Of a stretch of DNA of 64,000 bases, positions 10,097 through 23,430 are shown in pieces (positions within the stretch are counted from its first letter, which is position 1; every line of letters starts with the position of its first letter). Position numbers and translations under genes: made by a program. The notes beneath the pieces were generated by a model, which saw only the letters and a program-made list of their open reading frames with translations, searched no databases and was not told the origin of the DNA. This DNA comes from Sphyrna mokarran (lineage: Eukaryota). The stretch is taken from the NCBI GenBank assembly GCA_024679065.1, contig JAGIQG010000004.1, forward strand, positions 55,304,001-55,368,000, given 5' to 3'.

Positions 10097-12892
10097 CGCT
10101 CAGGAAAGTAAACTACAATAGGGATGCTGCCTTCAGAAGATGAACGGCAAAGAAAAGCAATGGGATTGAGAAAGCAAATAGAAGAAAGGAAATTTCAATG
10201 TGAGACAGTTCATTACAATTTCCTATCATTCATTTCTAAAGAGGAGAGATAACTACAAACATCCTGCTTTGGATAGCAGTTGTTTTCATGGACACTCTAC
10301 CTGGTATATTCTTGTAATGTCTCATGATCTGTAATCTCTCTGGCACACAACAAAGATCTTTCTTGTACTCTCAATTCACATTGAATCCTGACAACAGATA
10401 GAAGAGTCCCCACTGTATAGTAATCAGCTGATGAACACCATCCCTTTGCTGAACTCTGCACCAGTCTGCTTAGCTGAAACTTCCTCTCATCACTAATTGT
10501 GATGACAAAACGACAGTCACACAACACTGACTGTGCCATCATTATATCTCTGGATGTATATACAGTGGTTAATGTTGCAGTCCTGTCACAGTAAAGTGTA
10601 TGCTCCAGTTGTAAGTGTGAGCAGTTGTTACCATGTGAGGAAAAGTTAGGGTATTATTCTTAAGCATATATGAGAACTGACTTCCACCTGAGTAGGGAGA
10701 AGAATTAGGGACTCTGTGATTATGTGCTTCGGATTTTGTTAAGGAAAGACTGATTCCTGAGCAGTGAATTATAATACAGCCCCGCAGAATTATACGTGAC
10801 TGTGCAATTCTTAAACCAGTGTCATTTTACTATAAAAGATTATCACTCTATTTCTCAGTTCTCATCACGTGAAAAAAAACAGATAAGAAAGTAATCTTGG
10901 CTATTTTCAATCAGCTAAGCATCCATTATACTTCTTTCATTTAAATTCACCATTGATATATTCAGCATTCATTCTCTTATCTACATTCTTCCTAAGAAAA
11001 TCAAGCCTTGTGTTGTCTTCTGCTCCAACTCTACTGTTCCTATGATCTCAACCCATGGAACTCCTTGCATCCTTTTGTCTTGCCTCCTTCCTCAAACCTA
11101 TAGGTATTTCAACCCAAATTATAATTTGTATAATGACAACCTGATGATTTGCCTTAAATTCTTCCTTTTGGCCTTAGTAGTGTGATGTTTCATTGCAAAT
11201 AAAGAGGAGCTGGAAGCCAACCTAGCTGAAAAATGATGTTGGGTAAGATTAGGAACAAGTCGTTTAGCTTTCCAGTTGGATAAGAAATGGCATTGTGGGT
11301 ACGGCTGTGAACTTAACACGGAGATAGGAAATTACTTTCTTTCATATTTATCACATGCAAGGATTCTTCTCTTCCCTCAATCTTGCATTTCCTTAAAAAC
11401 ACCCAACTCCGTCAGGTATTGTGCTTATCCTTCGGTACCTCCCTCAGGTGACTATTGTAAATGAGTGGGCCTGAATAATGATGGTTATTGGGACGGCCAA
11501 CAAATCTTAGTTGGCATCCATACCTGATAAAAAACCAATACTTGCAACAGTGGAAAGATAGACATTTGAGTTCCGGTGATGGTGGAGTGGGGATGAATAC
11601 ATTTTAATTGAAGTGTATTTTATTTATAAACTGGCTCCAAGATTACACTTGGACTACAGTAGAATTTGCCTATAATTTGCTCTGAACCTCCTTTGTTTCA
11701 AGATTAACCACAGGTCCAATCTCACCTTCTAGTCAAAATCATACAAACTCAGAACCCCATTGTTTCTTGGGCTTTTGAGTCAGTTATGTTAGCAAAACCA
11801 TTGTGTTCCATTTGCAGACATAGCATTGATAGTAAAATATCTTCCCTGCTCAACTGGGACTGGGTATTACCAAAGATTGCTAAGGGAGTGAGATGAGATA
11901 TACCATCTTGAGCTGAGCACATTGTCCCTGCTAAGGGTTCCATGATGAGGAATGTCTGTATCAACCACTTCCTTGAGTGAATGCTTAGAGCTGATTGGGA
12001 AGTGACTTGGGAGATCTACCCATCAATGATGGATGAAAACTATGTTTTATTTTTTCCCAGTGAATGTAAATGTGCCATGAAATTCTGGCACTTACTATTG
12101 GCTAAACTGACTTTGGCAAACAGATTATTATAATTCTATGTTTTATTTTCCAGTTAGATTTTTGAGTGTTTTTTTTTGCATTATTAAAGATGAAGGGTTT
12201 CAGTGCGGGACAAGAGGCATTCATTCCCATGGAGTAACATACTCTGAGTTCACTTAAGAAATGGATTAAATGCAGCAACAATTTGCAGCTCGGGGCACTG
12301 GATTTTCATCTCCCAATGGAGATGTGAATTGGCTCAGCAAACACTAGAGTTAGTTTAGTTTTACTGGAAGTATAGTATTTCTGTAATTTCTCACCAACGC
12401 ATTATTTTATGTGAGCTTTTGGTGGGGTGCGAAATACACATGCATCTCTTCCAAGATTGGGATCCCCATTATGCAGGCCGTAGGAAAATTGCATTTCCTC
12501 CCACATAGTCTTTGTTTTGTATGGTTTTTAAGCCCTTAAAGTGTACCTCCTTGGAGAGTATTTGCCCTCTGGGGGAAGTCTGCCTTGGAGTCAGAAACAT
12601 TTTAAAAGCTAACTGCCAAATGTTTTGACACCTTCAGGTGTCATTGTTAAATGTTGGATTGTAATGTAGATGTATTTTTATTGCAGCGATTCATTACTGG
12701 GGTCTATCTCACAAAGATAAGTTGACCTTTACATTGGCCAGCATTGTGAATTATTGTCATGCATTACAGTACTTCTCCAATTGTCAACAGCACCAAAAAT
12801 GTAAAAGAAAAATCTTCTCTGCATATGCTGGCATGTTTTAAATTGACTGTTTTGACTTAAAAAACATTGCTTTTGAAAGTTTGAAAAAAAGA

Positions 12893-12960
12893 CTGCACTT
12901 GTGGGCTTGTTGGGCCAAAGGGCCTGTTTTCCGTGCTGTTTTGTTCTTTGTTCTTTGTTC
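12893..12960 (+). mobile_element. Very short CR1 3'-tail insertion
   Basis: GGGCCAAAGGGCCTGTTTTCCGTGCTGTTTTGTTCTTTGTTC, the same tail as the minus-strand element ending at ~25660. Confidence 0.7.
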
Positions 12961-15900
12961 CCTTCCATTGCTAACTAGGTTTTGCTTTGAAATGGAAATT
13001 AGAGAGCATTTTGTCCTGTCAGTTTCAGCATTGTAGCTGATATGACCATTATAACTATTATGAACACTTGAGTGGATTTCAAAATCTAATAATGGCTTCA
13101 GATCAGCAGGCAATCTAGGAATGATTAAAACTTTTAAGAGGCTGCAAAAATATGGCTTAGATGTGTGTTCTTGTTTGTTTCCAAACCTAATAAGCACTTA
13201 AAGGATTACATTTTTATGCAAAAATTCAGGATTTTATTAGGTTATTAGTTGTTTAATTTTTCCCAATGATTTTAAAGAAACTCGTATTGCTATTGCAATG
13301 AGGTGAAAGCATTTTAAGATAAAATGTCAGAGCCCTACATGCAAATCTCAGCTATAGTAGATAAGAATTTTGAAAAATCAGGGACGAAAAAAAAGGCATT
13401 CAACCCATTAATGTCAGTCCTCCCAAAATTGAAGCACAATTGAAAATATCATGAGCTCAAACCCACTTGCAATAATTTTGCAGTGAGTCACTAAGTGAAA
13501 TAAAAACAGTAAATATTTTATGGCTCCTGAGGACTATACAGAGTACACACTGGGTATATAGATTCGGTAGAAGCATGCAGACATGACGGTATCATGAGTG
13601 AACTGAGGGGGCATAGGATGTCATGGGGGTAGGTGGGGATACGGGAGCAGGGGGATGGCATGGGGGTGAAGGAGATTAAGTAGGAAGTTGAGGTTTGGAA
13701 GCTTTTAAATGATGTTGGGAGCTGAGCTATTGTGTTGGAAAACTGAGACAGATTTTCTAACTGCCTTATATATCCAAAGTCTTCATGCACACCATTGTGG
13801 TCCAGAAAATGAATTGCAAACCTGTCTAAACAGACAAAACTCTCAGGCAAATTCAAAGATAGATGGAGTGTGCATTTCATGAGGTGCAACAATGCATAAG
13901 TTCAATTTTCCAGGGCCTACATTTAAAATAGTCCAAAGACAAAATCTAGGATCTGAATTAGAAAATTAGAACCCATTAGAATGGGTGACTGGAATCTTGG
14001 TTAAGGAGCTGGATTTTCAGGTAGGTATTAAAGGAAGAGAGAGGGACAAGTGTTTTTTCTAAAGGATCAAACTCCAAAGCCCCAGATACGAAGCTCTGTT
14101 CTAATAAATTAACATATGAAAGAGGGAAGAAGAAGGAAAGGCCATAAAGTTCTATCCTTCCAAAGATGAAGTACCATCAATAAATAGTATTGAGCTCAAA
14201 CCTATTTGCAATTTCAGCAATTAAGCCAAATGCCAGTTTTCCATCACCAAACCCTTTATTGTGGACTAAAGGAAAAGGCCACTTCCCATGGCTCACAGTC
14301 AGGTAGTCTTCACCTAGGGGCCCACAACACTGGTCCAACAGCTGCTTCCCATTAGGTGAGCATCCACTCGCTCCATAATGCAGCTCATAATCCATGAAGC
14401 CCTTGAATAGATCTATTGATGATCACCTGTGACCTTCATGGTCATCATAACTTTGCTCCCCTCTTAGGTCCTTGTCTCTCCCAGCAGCCCCATTGCAAGG
14501 ATGTTTTTCTATTGTTTGGCATTTGGGCAGAGGTCTATTGAACGGGGCACTAATTTAGATGGTGTAAACTGAACAAAGGACCATCTCTTTAAGAGGGAGA
14601 GTTGCAATTTTACTGAATCAGGTTTCTCCTGAGGTTCCACTTCAGCCCAAAGGCCACCTCTTCAGCCTCCATCTCAGAGTCCATACCTTCACTATCCGGA
14701 TGCACCTTGGTGTCAGCTTCAAGCTGAGGGTTGGCAAATACAGCAGCTATCTCCATGGCCAATGGTAGGGGTGGCTTGGACAAGGATTCCCTCTCCCTGG
14801 GGTGGTCTAAGTGCTTCTTTAGGGCTTTATCCTGAAATTTGATCTTATAAGATATTGATCCTGTTTTCTACATAATGATCCCAGCGACCCATCGAGGACC
14901 ATCCTCAATGATCCTTGCATGAACCAGACCATCCGTTACAAATGTTCTTTCTGTCCTCCTGGAATTAGTTTCTTTTTTGCTTTTGCTGTTAGGACTCCAT
15001 TATCCTCATCAAGTTTTGGAATAATAAGCTCAATCTGGTACGAAACCATTATTCCAGTAACAGTTCTGCTGGAGCAACAGCTGTTGTGGTGTGCATTGTG
15101 ATCATGTAATTGAACAAAAATCATGCCAGTTTAGTCTCCACAAATGCTGCGATTGTTTCTTCATACCATTTTTGAAGGTTTGAACCATCTGTTCTGCCAG
15201 ATCATTTGACGACGAAAGATAAAGTGCAGTCTCGATGTGTTGGATAGCCTTGGAGAGCATGAAGTTCTGGAAATCACCACTAAAGAAGGATGTGCTGTTA
15301 TCAGAAACCAGGATGTCTGGTATTCCATGCATGCTGAAGCTTTGTAATTTCTCATTTATACTTTGAGCTGTCATGGATCCCATGTAGTGCACCTTCAACC
15401 ACTTGGAGTGTGTGTTCACCATGATGCTAAGGGTGGAAGTTTTTTATTTTTCTGGCACAGGTTACATTGCTTTGCCAAGTCTGTGATGTCAGAATCAAGA
15501 CCATGCCACGAGATGTAACTCCTGATCAGTATCTTCACTTTTGATACTCATGGATGGCCGTAATGTAGTTGCATTAACATTGGATGTTGTCCTGGGGTGG
15601 AACAGTTACTCAGGATCCCAAATAATGATTCCATTCTCAACATTATGATCAGGTTTCTTATTGATATAGGATTTCATTTCTTCAGTCGTCCTTGGAGTCC
15701 ACCATGCGAGATCATGTGCCTAATTTTGGATAAGGTTGGGTCTCTTTGGGTCCAGCCTTTATTCTACTTTGCTGATACTGCAAGTCTCCAAAACATTCAG
15801 GGTCATCACAATTTCTTTTCCTGCTGGTAAATGAGGCATGCTTTCAGGCCAACTGGTTGGAGGTGCACCTTATGGGATCCACAACAACTCAAGCTACAGC

Positions 15901-17849
15901 TGTGAAATTACAATAAAGCTTCAGTGCATCTGCTTTAGCTATTTAAATGCTGGGGTAGCGTTCCTGAATTTATTTGTAGTCCACCCATTGAAAGGGCAGA
16001 ACACTGCATCTGAGGAAAGGCAATGGGAGGAATTGTTTTGTCTTCTAAGAGGCCTAGTAAGGGTTTAAGGTTGGTAAGTATAAAAACCATCAACCATAAA
16101 TACATTGATGAGACTTCTTCATACCAATTACAACTATCAATCCCCCCTTCCCATTTGAGAATATCTTCACTCTACGTCCGAAAAGGTTCTGGAGACACAT
16201 GCAATAGGCTTTTCCAGCCCTTCTTTCCATTACAGCACTGCATCAACTCTGTATGGGGAAGAATCACAGGTTAAAATATGTTCTTTCTTAAGGTTAAAAT
16301 AGAGCAGTAAGTTGGATGACAGTAGCTGACACTTAATCTCAGAAATAGTCTTTACCTGTGCTATTTTCACAGTAGGATGTACAATAGGGCCAGCATGGTA
16401 GCTAACTTTGGGATAAATTTTCTGAAATAATTAACTAACCTGAGGAAGGATTTTAACTCTGTGGTGTTTCTTGAGGTCCATGCCTCCTTTATGGCCTTTA
16501 CTTTATGCTCTATTGGATACAACCTCTTGACATGAACTCAGTAGCCTAACTAACTCCTTTAAGCAAACTCCCACTCTGAAAAATCACTGCAAATCTTATT
16601 CTAGATTGGCCAGGTATTCCCACTCAGAAGCCTCCTAAGATGTTATCTAAGCAAACTGCGACCTTGAATAGCCCTTGAAAGATGTTCCCAAGAACACCTT
16701 AAAAGATGGCGCACGCCGACAAGGCCTCAAAAAGCAAATAGGTATCATCATAAAGTCCCTTATATGTGTTGTTACATATTTCCAAGAAGACTTGTCCAAT
16801 TCAAGCTGGAAGTAGGCGTGACTCATGTCCAACTTGGAGAACATCTTGCCACATTTTAACTTGATGTGCAGATTTTTGATCCAGGGCATAGGTTATCTAT
16901 TGATTTTGGACACGTGATTAACCATCCATTTGTAGTTCCCGGAAAGACGAACTGATTTTCCAGGCTTAAGAACAGGACTGCAGGCATGGCCTATTCTACA
17001 CAGTGCACAGGTTTTATTATACACAAACTTTCAATGCACTCAAGTTCAGTTTACAGCTTCTACAGCATGAAGTAAGGGATTGGCCTGGCACTGAATTACC
17101 GTGGTGCAGCACTGGGGTCAATATAGATCTTCGGCTTGGCTCCTTCTATTTTCTCTAGACTCTCTTGAAAAACTTCCGAGTATCCAGTGATAACCTCACA
17201 CAGTCCCCCAATCCTAGTCTGAAGATCTCCAATTGGTTGAGCCAAATCTACTACAGCCAATCTTTCCGATAAGTCTTGGTCTGTGCCCTCTACAACGATC
17301 AGTGGGAGAGAAGCTGATTAGTGTCTATGAGTCACTGGGGTCACTGTGGTGCCTCTTATTTGTAAAGGTTTTCCCATGTAGGTGGCTGAGAAATTGCATT
17401 CCTGGTTGGAGGTGTTTATAGATCTGTTCTCTGATAAAGGAGACTGTGGCTCCTGTGTCCACATCCATCTTCAAGGACGGCTTTTACTAGTAATTTCACC
17501 ATTATCGGGGCAACTTTCATTGTTACAATATGATTGCAGCTTTACCTAATCCTGAAACATCACTGTGTCCTATGACAGTGCTTGCAGTAATCCATCAACT
17601 GACAAGTGGCAACTACACAACACTGGAAAATGTTTTTTAATGTTCTTGGAATCGAGGACTGCCATTCCTTAACTGCCTAACTGTGACATTGGGGTGCTTA
17701 TACTGAATGAGGTCCTTTAATACCTGATTGACACAAACATTCTCTGTTGAGGACTGGTTGCCTGAGGTTGGATTCTGCCAACAGCTTCTTTTCTTTCACG
17801 TACAAATCTGTCCCACATGGTTTTGCTCAGAGGCATTCCAAATTCACAG

Positions 17850-17940
17850 TGACAAAGGGTCATCCTGACTCAAAATGTCACAGATGCTGTCAAACCTGTT
17901 GAGATTTTCCAGCATTTTCAGTTTTTGTTCCAAATTTGCA
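17850..17940 (+). mobile_element. Penelope-like terminal-repeat fragment inserted in Gypsy gag
   Basis: TGACAAAGGGTCATCCTGACTCAAAATGT..ACAGATGCTGTCAAACCTGTTGAGATTTTCCAGCATTTTC, similar to 19660-19790. Confidence 0.6.
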
Positions 17941-18499
17941 ATGTTTAGCCAGTTTGCAAACTTAGTCAAGAACTCAGTGAGAGATTCCCCAAAGGTTCTC
18001 CCAGCCATGTTGAGGCGATATCATTGGAGAATTACCATGGACTTTGTGTTGTGGTGGTTTTTTACCTCTTGTACCAGTTCAGTAAAGATTTTTGAGACAG
18101 GAGCATCTGGATAGGACATACTTCTTATTACATCAAAAGTCAGGGCTCCCATGCTATTAGCAATATCACTTTTTGCCTCCTTCAATGTTTTTAGCAGGAA
18201 GGTGTAGTGCATACATCTAATGTATTGGGCCTAATGTTACCCATTGTTGTCATAGGGTTCGGGTTTCCCAAAAAGAGGCATGATGGCTTTCTCTTACCAG
18301 AGGAATTCTTGATGTTCAGAAGTTCATGAAAGGGCAAGTTGGACGAGAAAAGATTTTTTTCTCCTCATTGCCAATGTAGTAAGTCAACCAAATGTCAGCT
18401 TCTTTTCACCAATACCTTTTATTGTGTACCAAAGAAAGGCCCCTTTCATGGATTATAGTTAGGTAGTCTTCACCTCAGAACGTACAACCAGTCTGGGTA

Positions 18500-18712
18500 A
18501 AGTTACGTGCTTAAAAAACCCTATCTACATCAATGGGGATGAAATCGAAATGGTCAAGAGCTTTAAGTATCTAGATATCCAAATCGCCAATAACATGTCT
18601 TGGTCCCTCCATGCCAATGCTACTGTTGAGAAAACCCACCACATCTCTACTTTCTCAGGAGGCTAAGGAAATTTGGCATGTCCACCATGACTCTCACTAA
18701 CTTTTACAGGTG
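18500..18712 (+). mobile_element. Rex1/Babar LINE fragment inserted in the Gypsy 5' LTR
   Basis: YINGDEIEMVKSFKYL..I.NNMSW..H, LYFLRRLRKFG..TLTNFYRC. Confidence 0.8.
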
Positions 18713-18894
18713 CACCTTAGTAAGCATCCTGGCTACTTCCCATTGGGTGAACCTCTACTCATCCAAAAAGGCAGTTTATGTTCCACGAAACTGATGAGTA
18801 GATCCCCTGTTGTCTTCATAGGTGTCACAACAGTAAAGCTTTGTGACGAATCATATAATGAAAATAGAAAAACTGGAAATACTCATAATCTTAG

Positions 18895-19555
18895 GCAGTT
18901 TATCGCTCAGTGACTCTGACATCCATCATTATATAGTGCTTCGAAAGGTTAGTCATGGCACAAATCAATTCCATCTTCTCAGACTGCCTGGATCCATTAC
19001 ACTTTGCATATCGCCACAACAGGTCCACTGCAGATGCCATCTCCTTGACCCTACACTCATACCTGGAACACCTGGATACTAAAGACACTTATGTGAAGAT
19101 ACTGGAAAAGTTATCTTCAACTTCTGTGGCCTAGGGCTCAGCTGTCCTTCTGTGACTGGATCCTAGACTTCCGAACACACAGGCCACAAGTTAGGATAGC
19201 AACAGCTCCTCCACGTTTATTCTCAACACCAGTGTCCCACAAGGCTGTGTCTTCAGCCCCTTTCTAAACTCCTTATACACCTATGACTGTTCCCTCCAAC
19301 TCAATTTTCAAGTTTGCTGATGACACCATTATAGTGATCACATCTACACAATGATGAAAGAGATAGGCAATCTGATGAACTGGTGCAATGACAATAATAT
19401 CTTCCTCAATGTCAGTAAAACTAAGGAGATTGTCATTGATTGCAGAAAGTGTAGTGGAGGGCATGCCTCTGCCTACATCAATGGGGATGAAGTGGAAATG
19501 GTCAAGAGCTTCAAGAATCTAAATATCCAAATCGGCAACAACATGACCTGGTCAC
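18895..19555 (+). mobile_element. Decayed Rex1/Babar LINE RT fragment
   Basis: LTSIII.CFERLV, LDPL.FAYR.NRSTADAIS, LEHLD.KDTYV, PQGCV.SP, FKFADDT, LNVSKTKEIVID. Confidence 0.85.
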
Positions 19556-19557
19556 AT

Positions 19558-19790
19558 TATCTGTTGGGAGAAACAGAGTTAGCATTTTGTGTATCAATAC
19601 AGAAACTACTGGAAATACTCAACAAGTCAGGCTGCATCTCTTCATGGTGATTCCACACAAACTTCATCAGAGTCACTTGGAAACCGTAACTGTGTTTCTC
19701 ACCAGAGAAGCTGCCTAGTCTGTTTAGGATTTCCAGCAATTCTCGGTTTTAATTTCAGATTTCCTACATCAGCAGTATTTTATTTTGTTA
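19558..19790. mobile_element. Penelope-like terminal-repeat fragments (partly inverted)
   Basis: CTGGAAATACTCAACAAGTCAGGCTGCATCT plus the complementary-orientation piece ..GGATTTCCAGCAATTCT..TTTCAGATTTCCTACATCAGCAGTATTTT. Confidence 0.6.
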
Positions 19791-19879
19791 GCGATTATAG
19801 AAAGCTTTATAGCACTTTCCCACCGGGAGGGGTCCAGTGTCAGGATGAGCATCTTACATTTGCCAGTGGGCCATCTTAC

Positions 19880-20130
19880 CTCGCGGGCACGTCCTTGTCT
19901 GCCACGCTCTGATTTTTGAGGGAGGCGGCCGCTGCTGGATTCGCATGCGCGGAAAAAGGCGCCGAGTTTAAACGGCCGGATCGGCAGTTAGAGCGGTCGC
20001 GGGAGAGGAAGAGGACAGGATTCGGTGAGTGAGGAGTTTGACCGAGTAGAGCTGCCGACCTGTCTGCTTATTGGGGCTGGGTTGGGCACCGGGGGGTAGC
20101 GAGTACCCGGTGCTTGGGTGCGCCCAGGGC
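19880..20130 (+). promoter_or_regulatory. CpG-rich promoter of the anillin-like gene with CDE/CHR, NRF1-like and MYB-like sites
   Basis: The clearest CpG-dense non-repeat patch in the window. CGCATGCGC at 19942-19950; GGCGC-CGAG-TTTAAA at 19958-19972 (CDE, 4-nt spacer, CHR); CAGTTA (reverse complement TAACTG) at 19985-19990. Confidence 0.75.
19975..20024 (+). other. ANLN: Putative non-coding first exon of the anillin-like gene (TSS approximate)
   Basis: Just downstream of the CHR, ends at the strong donor CG|GTGAGT (20025-20030), contains no ATG. Confidence 0.65.
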
Positions 20131-20994
20131 TTTCTCTCCTTTCAATTTAATTTTTCCCAAGCTGGTGATCAGATTGTTTGTTTTCGTCAATCCACTTGGA
20201 AATTGTCAGTTTTTAAGACGAAGTATGTTCAGAGTTGCCATTCCAAAAAAGTCCCGACAGCTTTGTAAAAAAAATCAGAGTTTTAAAGTGAGCTATGTAA
20301 TAGGACAATCTGGGCACCATTTTGTCACCACAATTTGTCATAAAACACTTTTTTAATTGGAGCTCTGAAACAATCCGCTCCTATACTAATGACATGAAGG
20401 CAGGTGACCAAACGCCTAGTTAAGGAGGAAAAATAAAGGTAAACATGTTCCCTTCTCTCCTTTGGAATCTCCTCTAAATGGATCTTTGTCTGAAATTAAG
20501 CTTAAGAATTTCTCAGCTGGATGGAATTTGTCCAGTGGACGTTTGCCAAGTTACACCCTACTTTAGAAATTCCTGCTGAGTCATGGAATGTGCTTGCTAC
20601 TTATTGGACTCAAAGGCAGTTTACAATTAAAAGCTTTTCAACTGCCGTTTTAGTATCTGCTATGCATAACTTGTGTCCTGCAATCACACTTCAGTTTTTT
20701 TTTAAGAAAATGAATTTTGCATGTGCTTTTAAGTCATGCTGTTTAAGTGAAATTAATATTTCTAAATGGATTATAATTATTTGAGCCTATTCACTTCTAG
20801 CCAAATATGCTCTAATTCCTTCACTTCTAAAGAGCACTACAGCTGTGCTTGATCCTGTAGTCTGATTTTTGACATGTGCTTTCAGCAAGGATATTGAGAC
20901 GTAATTGGGAAATTTGGATATTCTATTGTTCCTCTTTTCCCATCACATGAAAACAGATCAGTTGTCTCTTTCAGGATTGCAGTTTCTTTAACAA

Positions 20995-21890
20995 AGAGAA
21001 AACAAAAATGAATGGGTTACTTTTGAGATGTTGGGGTATAACCTGTGGAGTGTTGGAGCCTTAGGTATTTGTACTCTATCAGTAACTTAATGTGTCCATG
21101 ATTTCTGATACTTAACTGTGGACGGCACAAACTGCACAGGAGCAGTGATTCTTAAGTGATTGACAAATAAGTGCATAATGTTGGGAAATGTGAAATCCTC
21201 TATTCACAGAATGGCAAAGCAGAACTTTAAATATCAAATTTGCAGAGGGATTTGGGGCTCCTTGTACATAAATCAAAGTTGGACACAGCCAACAATTAGG
21301 AAGGTAAATGATATGTTGACCTTTTTACAAGAGCATTTTAGTATATGCATAAAAATGTCTTACTGCAGTTATACAGAGCCTTGGTGTGACTGCACTTGAA
21401 GTATAGTGCAGTTTTAGTCTCTTTAGCCAAGGAAAAATACACTTCTGTAGATGAAGTGAAAGAAAGATTCACTAAATTAATTCCTAGAATGGAGGGGATT
21501 GTCCTCCTGAAGAATAAGTAGCTTATTATTATATAATAAGGCTCTTATTCTCTGCCATTTAGAAGAATGGGAGGTGATCTCATTCAAACATACAACTTAA
21601 ATATTTTCAGGAAGGATGTTTCCCTTGGCTGGGGAGCGAGGGGAGACAATCTCAGAATAAGGGGCAGGCTATTTAGGACTGAAATGAGGAATTTCTTCAC
21701 TTGGAGGGTAGTAAATATTTGGAATCCTTTGCCCTAGAGGATGGTAGAGACTCAAATGCTGAGTATGTTCAACACTGAGGGATATATGGATAGTGCAGGA
21801 AACTGGTGTTGAAGAATGATTAGCTGTGATCTCGTTGAATGGCAGAGCGGGCTCAAAGTGTTAGGTGGCCTATTCCTATATTTTTGTTAT
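20995..21890 (+). mobile_element. Decayed CR1 LINE 3' part
   Basis: LLQLYRALV..HL.Y.VQF, F.RMGGDLI.TY, NFFT.RVV.IWN and tail GATCTCGTTGAATGGCAGAGCGGGCTC. Confidence 0.75.
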
Positions 21891-22066
21891 GAAGGGGGGT
21901 TGAAATTGTTCTCCAGTTCTAGATTCATATGACAGGAAACATCCCCTCAGCACCTCCACTGTCAAGCCTCCAAAGAATCTTGTGTTTGAAAATTTCATTC
22001 TTCTGAACTCAAGTATAGATTTAATCTTTTCATCATAAGACAGCCACTTCATCACAGGAATTAGTC

Positions 22067-22372
22067 ATAAGAATCTCTATCATGCAGAAACAGGCCATTT
22101 GGCCCATCAAGTCTGCACTGACCACAGTCAGCGCAAGATCTATTCCTGTAATCCCATGTACTTACCCTGTTAGTCTGCCTCACACTAAGGGTCAATTTAG
22201 CATAGCCAATCAAATTAACTCTCATGCTTTCGGACTGTGGGAGGAAACTGCAGTGCCTGGAAGAAACTCAAGCAGACACAGGCAGAATGTGCAATCTGCA
22301 CGCAGACAGTGAACCGAGGCTGGATCCAAACCCCATGTTCCTGGCACTGAGACAGCAGTGCTAGCCATGTGA
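22067..22372 (-). mobile_element. HE1-type V-SINE
   Basis: Reverse-complement tail CAGGCCATTTGGCCCATCAAGTCTGCAC, V-domain and tRNA-like head. Confidence 0.8.
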
Positions 22373-22429
22373 TGTACAGTTTGTCTATTTAAATCAGCTT
22401 TTCTATTTTACTTGTCAAAGTGGATGAAG

Positions 22430-23430
22430 AACCAAGAAAAGAACAGGAATTGGCCCTTCAGCCTCCAAGCCTGTGCCAATCGTGGTGCACTACTAAACTT
22501 GGGAGAAAAAAAAAACCCTTTGCACTTACTTGGTTCGTATCCTTCTATTCCCTCCCTATTCATGTACCCATCCAGATGTCTCTTAAATGTTGCTAAAGCA
22601 CCTGCTTTCACCATCTTCCCTGGCACTGCATTCTAGGGACCTACCACTATTCTGAAAAATTTCCTGTGCACATCTCCCTTAAACTTCCCCTTTCACCTTG
22701 AACCTGTGTCCTTTGTAATTGGCATTTACACCCTAGGAAAAAGCCTCTGACTATCCACCCTGTCAATACCTCTCATAATTTTATAGACCTCTAACAGGTC
22801 TCACTTCAGCTTCCATCTTTCCAGTGAAAAACAATCCTTGTTTTATTTAACCTCTCCTCATAGTCAACACGCTTGAGATCAGGGAACATCCTGATGACCC
22901 TTCTTTGCACTCTCCAAAGCTTCTGCTAGTGTGACTAGAACTGCACACAATACTCCAAATGCAGCCAAACCAAGATTTTATGTAGCTGCAACATGATTTC
23001 CCAACTCTTGTACTCAGTGCCCCAGCTGATGAAGGCAAGTGTGCCATATGCATCCTTAATCACCTTGGCCTCCTGTGTTGCCACTTTTAGGGAGCTGTGC
23101 ACCTGCACGTCTGTATCACTGATGTTCCTAAAGTTCTGCCATTTACAGTCTAATTTATATCTAAATTTGATGCTCCAAAATGAATCATCTCGCATTTGGC
23201 CTGATTAAACTCCATCTGCCATTTCTGTACCCAAGTCTCTAATCTATCTATATCCTGGTGTATCCTCTGGCACTATCAGAAACTCCACCAATCTTGTATA
23301 AAACAGCACTGATCCCTGCAAAATACCATTAGCTACAGATCTCCATTTTGAAAAACATTCTTCCATTGCTATTCTGTTTTCTATAACTAAACCAATTCTG
23401 TATCCATCCAGTCAATCCACCCCAAATCCC
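22430..23430 (-). mobile_element. Decayed 5'-truncated CR1 LINE
   Basis: VQVHSSLKVATQ..KVIK.AYGTLAFI..EYKSWEIMLQL..LEYCVQF; FKRHLDGYMNREG. Confidence 0.85.

Larger units (their letters stand above)
14213..18832 (-). mobile_element. Decayed near-complete Gypsy (Ty3) LTR retrotransposon
   Basis: Homologous LTRs at ~14213-14451 and 18375-18832; PBS-like TGGCAATGAGGAG at 18361-18373; PPT AAGAGGGGAG at ~14456-14465; protease LKMDVDTGA (~17450-17475); RT FSKLDMSHAYFQL (~16800-16845); integrase HGIPDILVSDN..SNDLAEQMVQTFK (15102-15422). Order is PR-RT-IN. Confidence 0.9.

Noticed and set aside
10130-13900. Possible exons of an upstream neighbouring gene
   Set aside because: I found no ORF with recognisable homology and no phase-consistent exon chain; short or non-coding exons cannot be excluded by eye.
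19945-19971. ATG in the promoter as the anillin start codon
   Set aside because: It reads MRGKRRRV then stop, is part of the NRF1-like motif, and lies upstream of the CHR and probable TSS.
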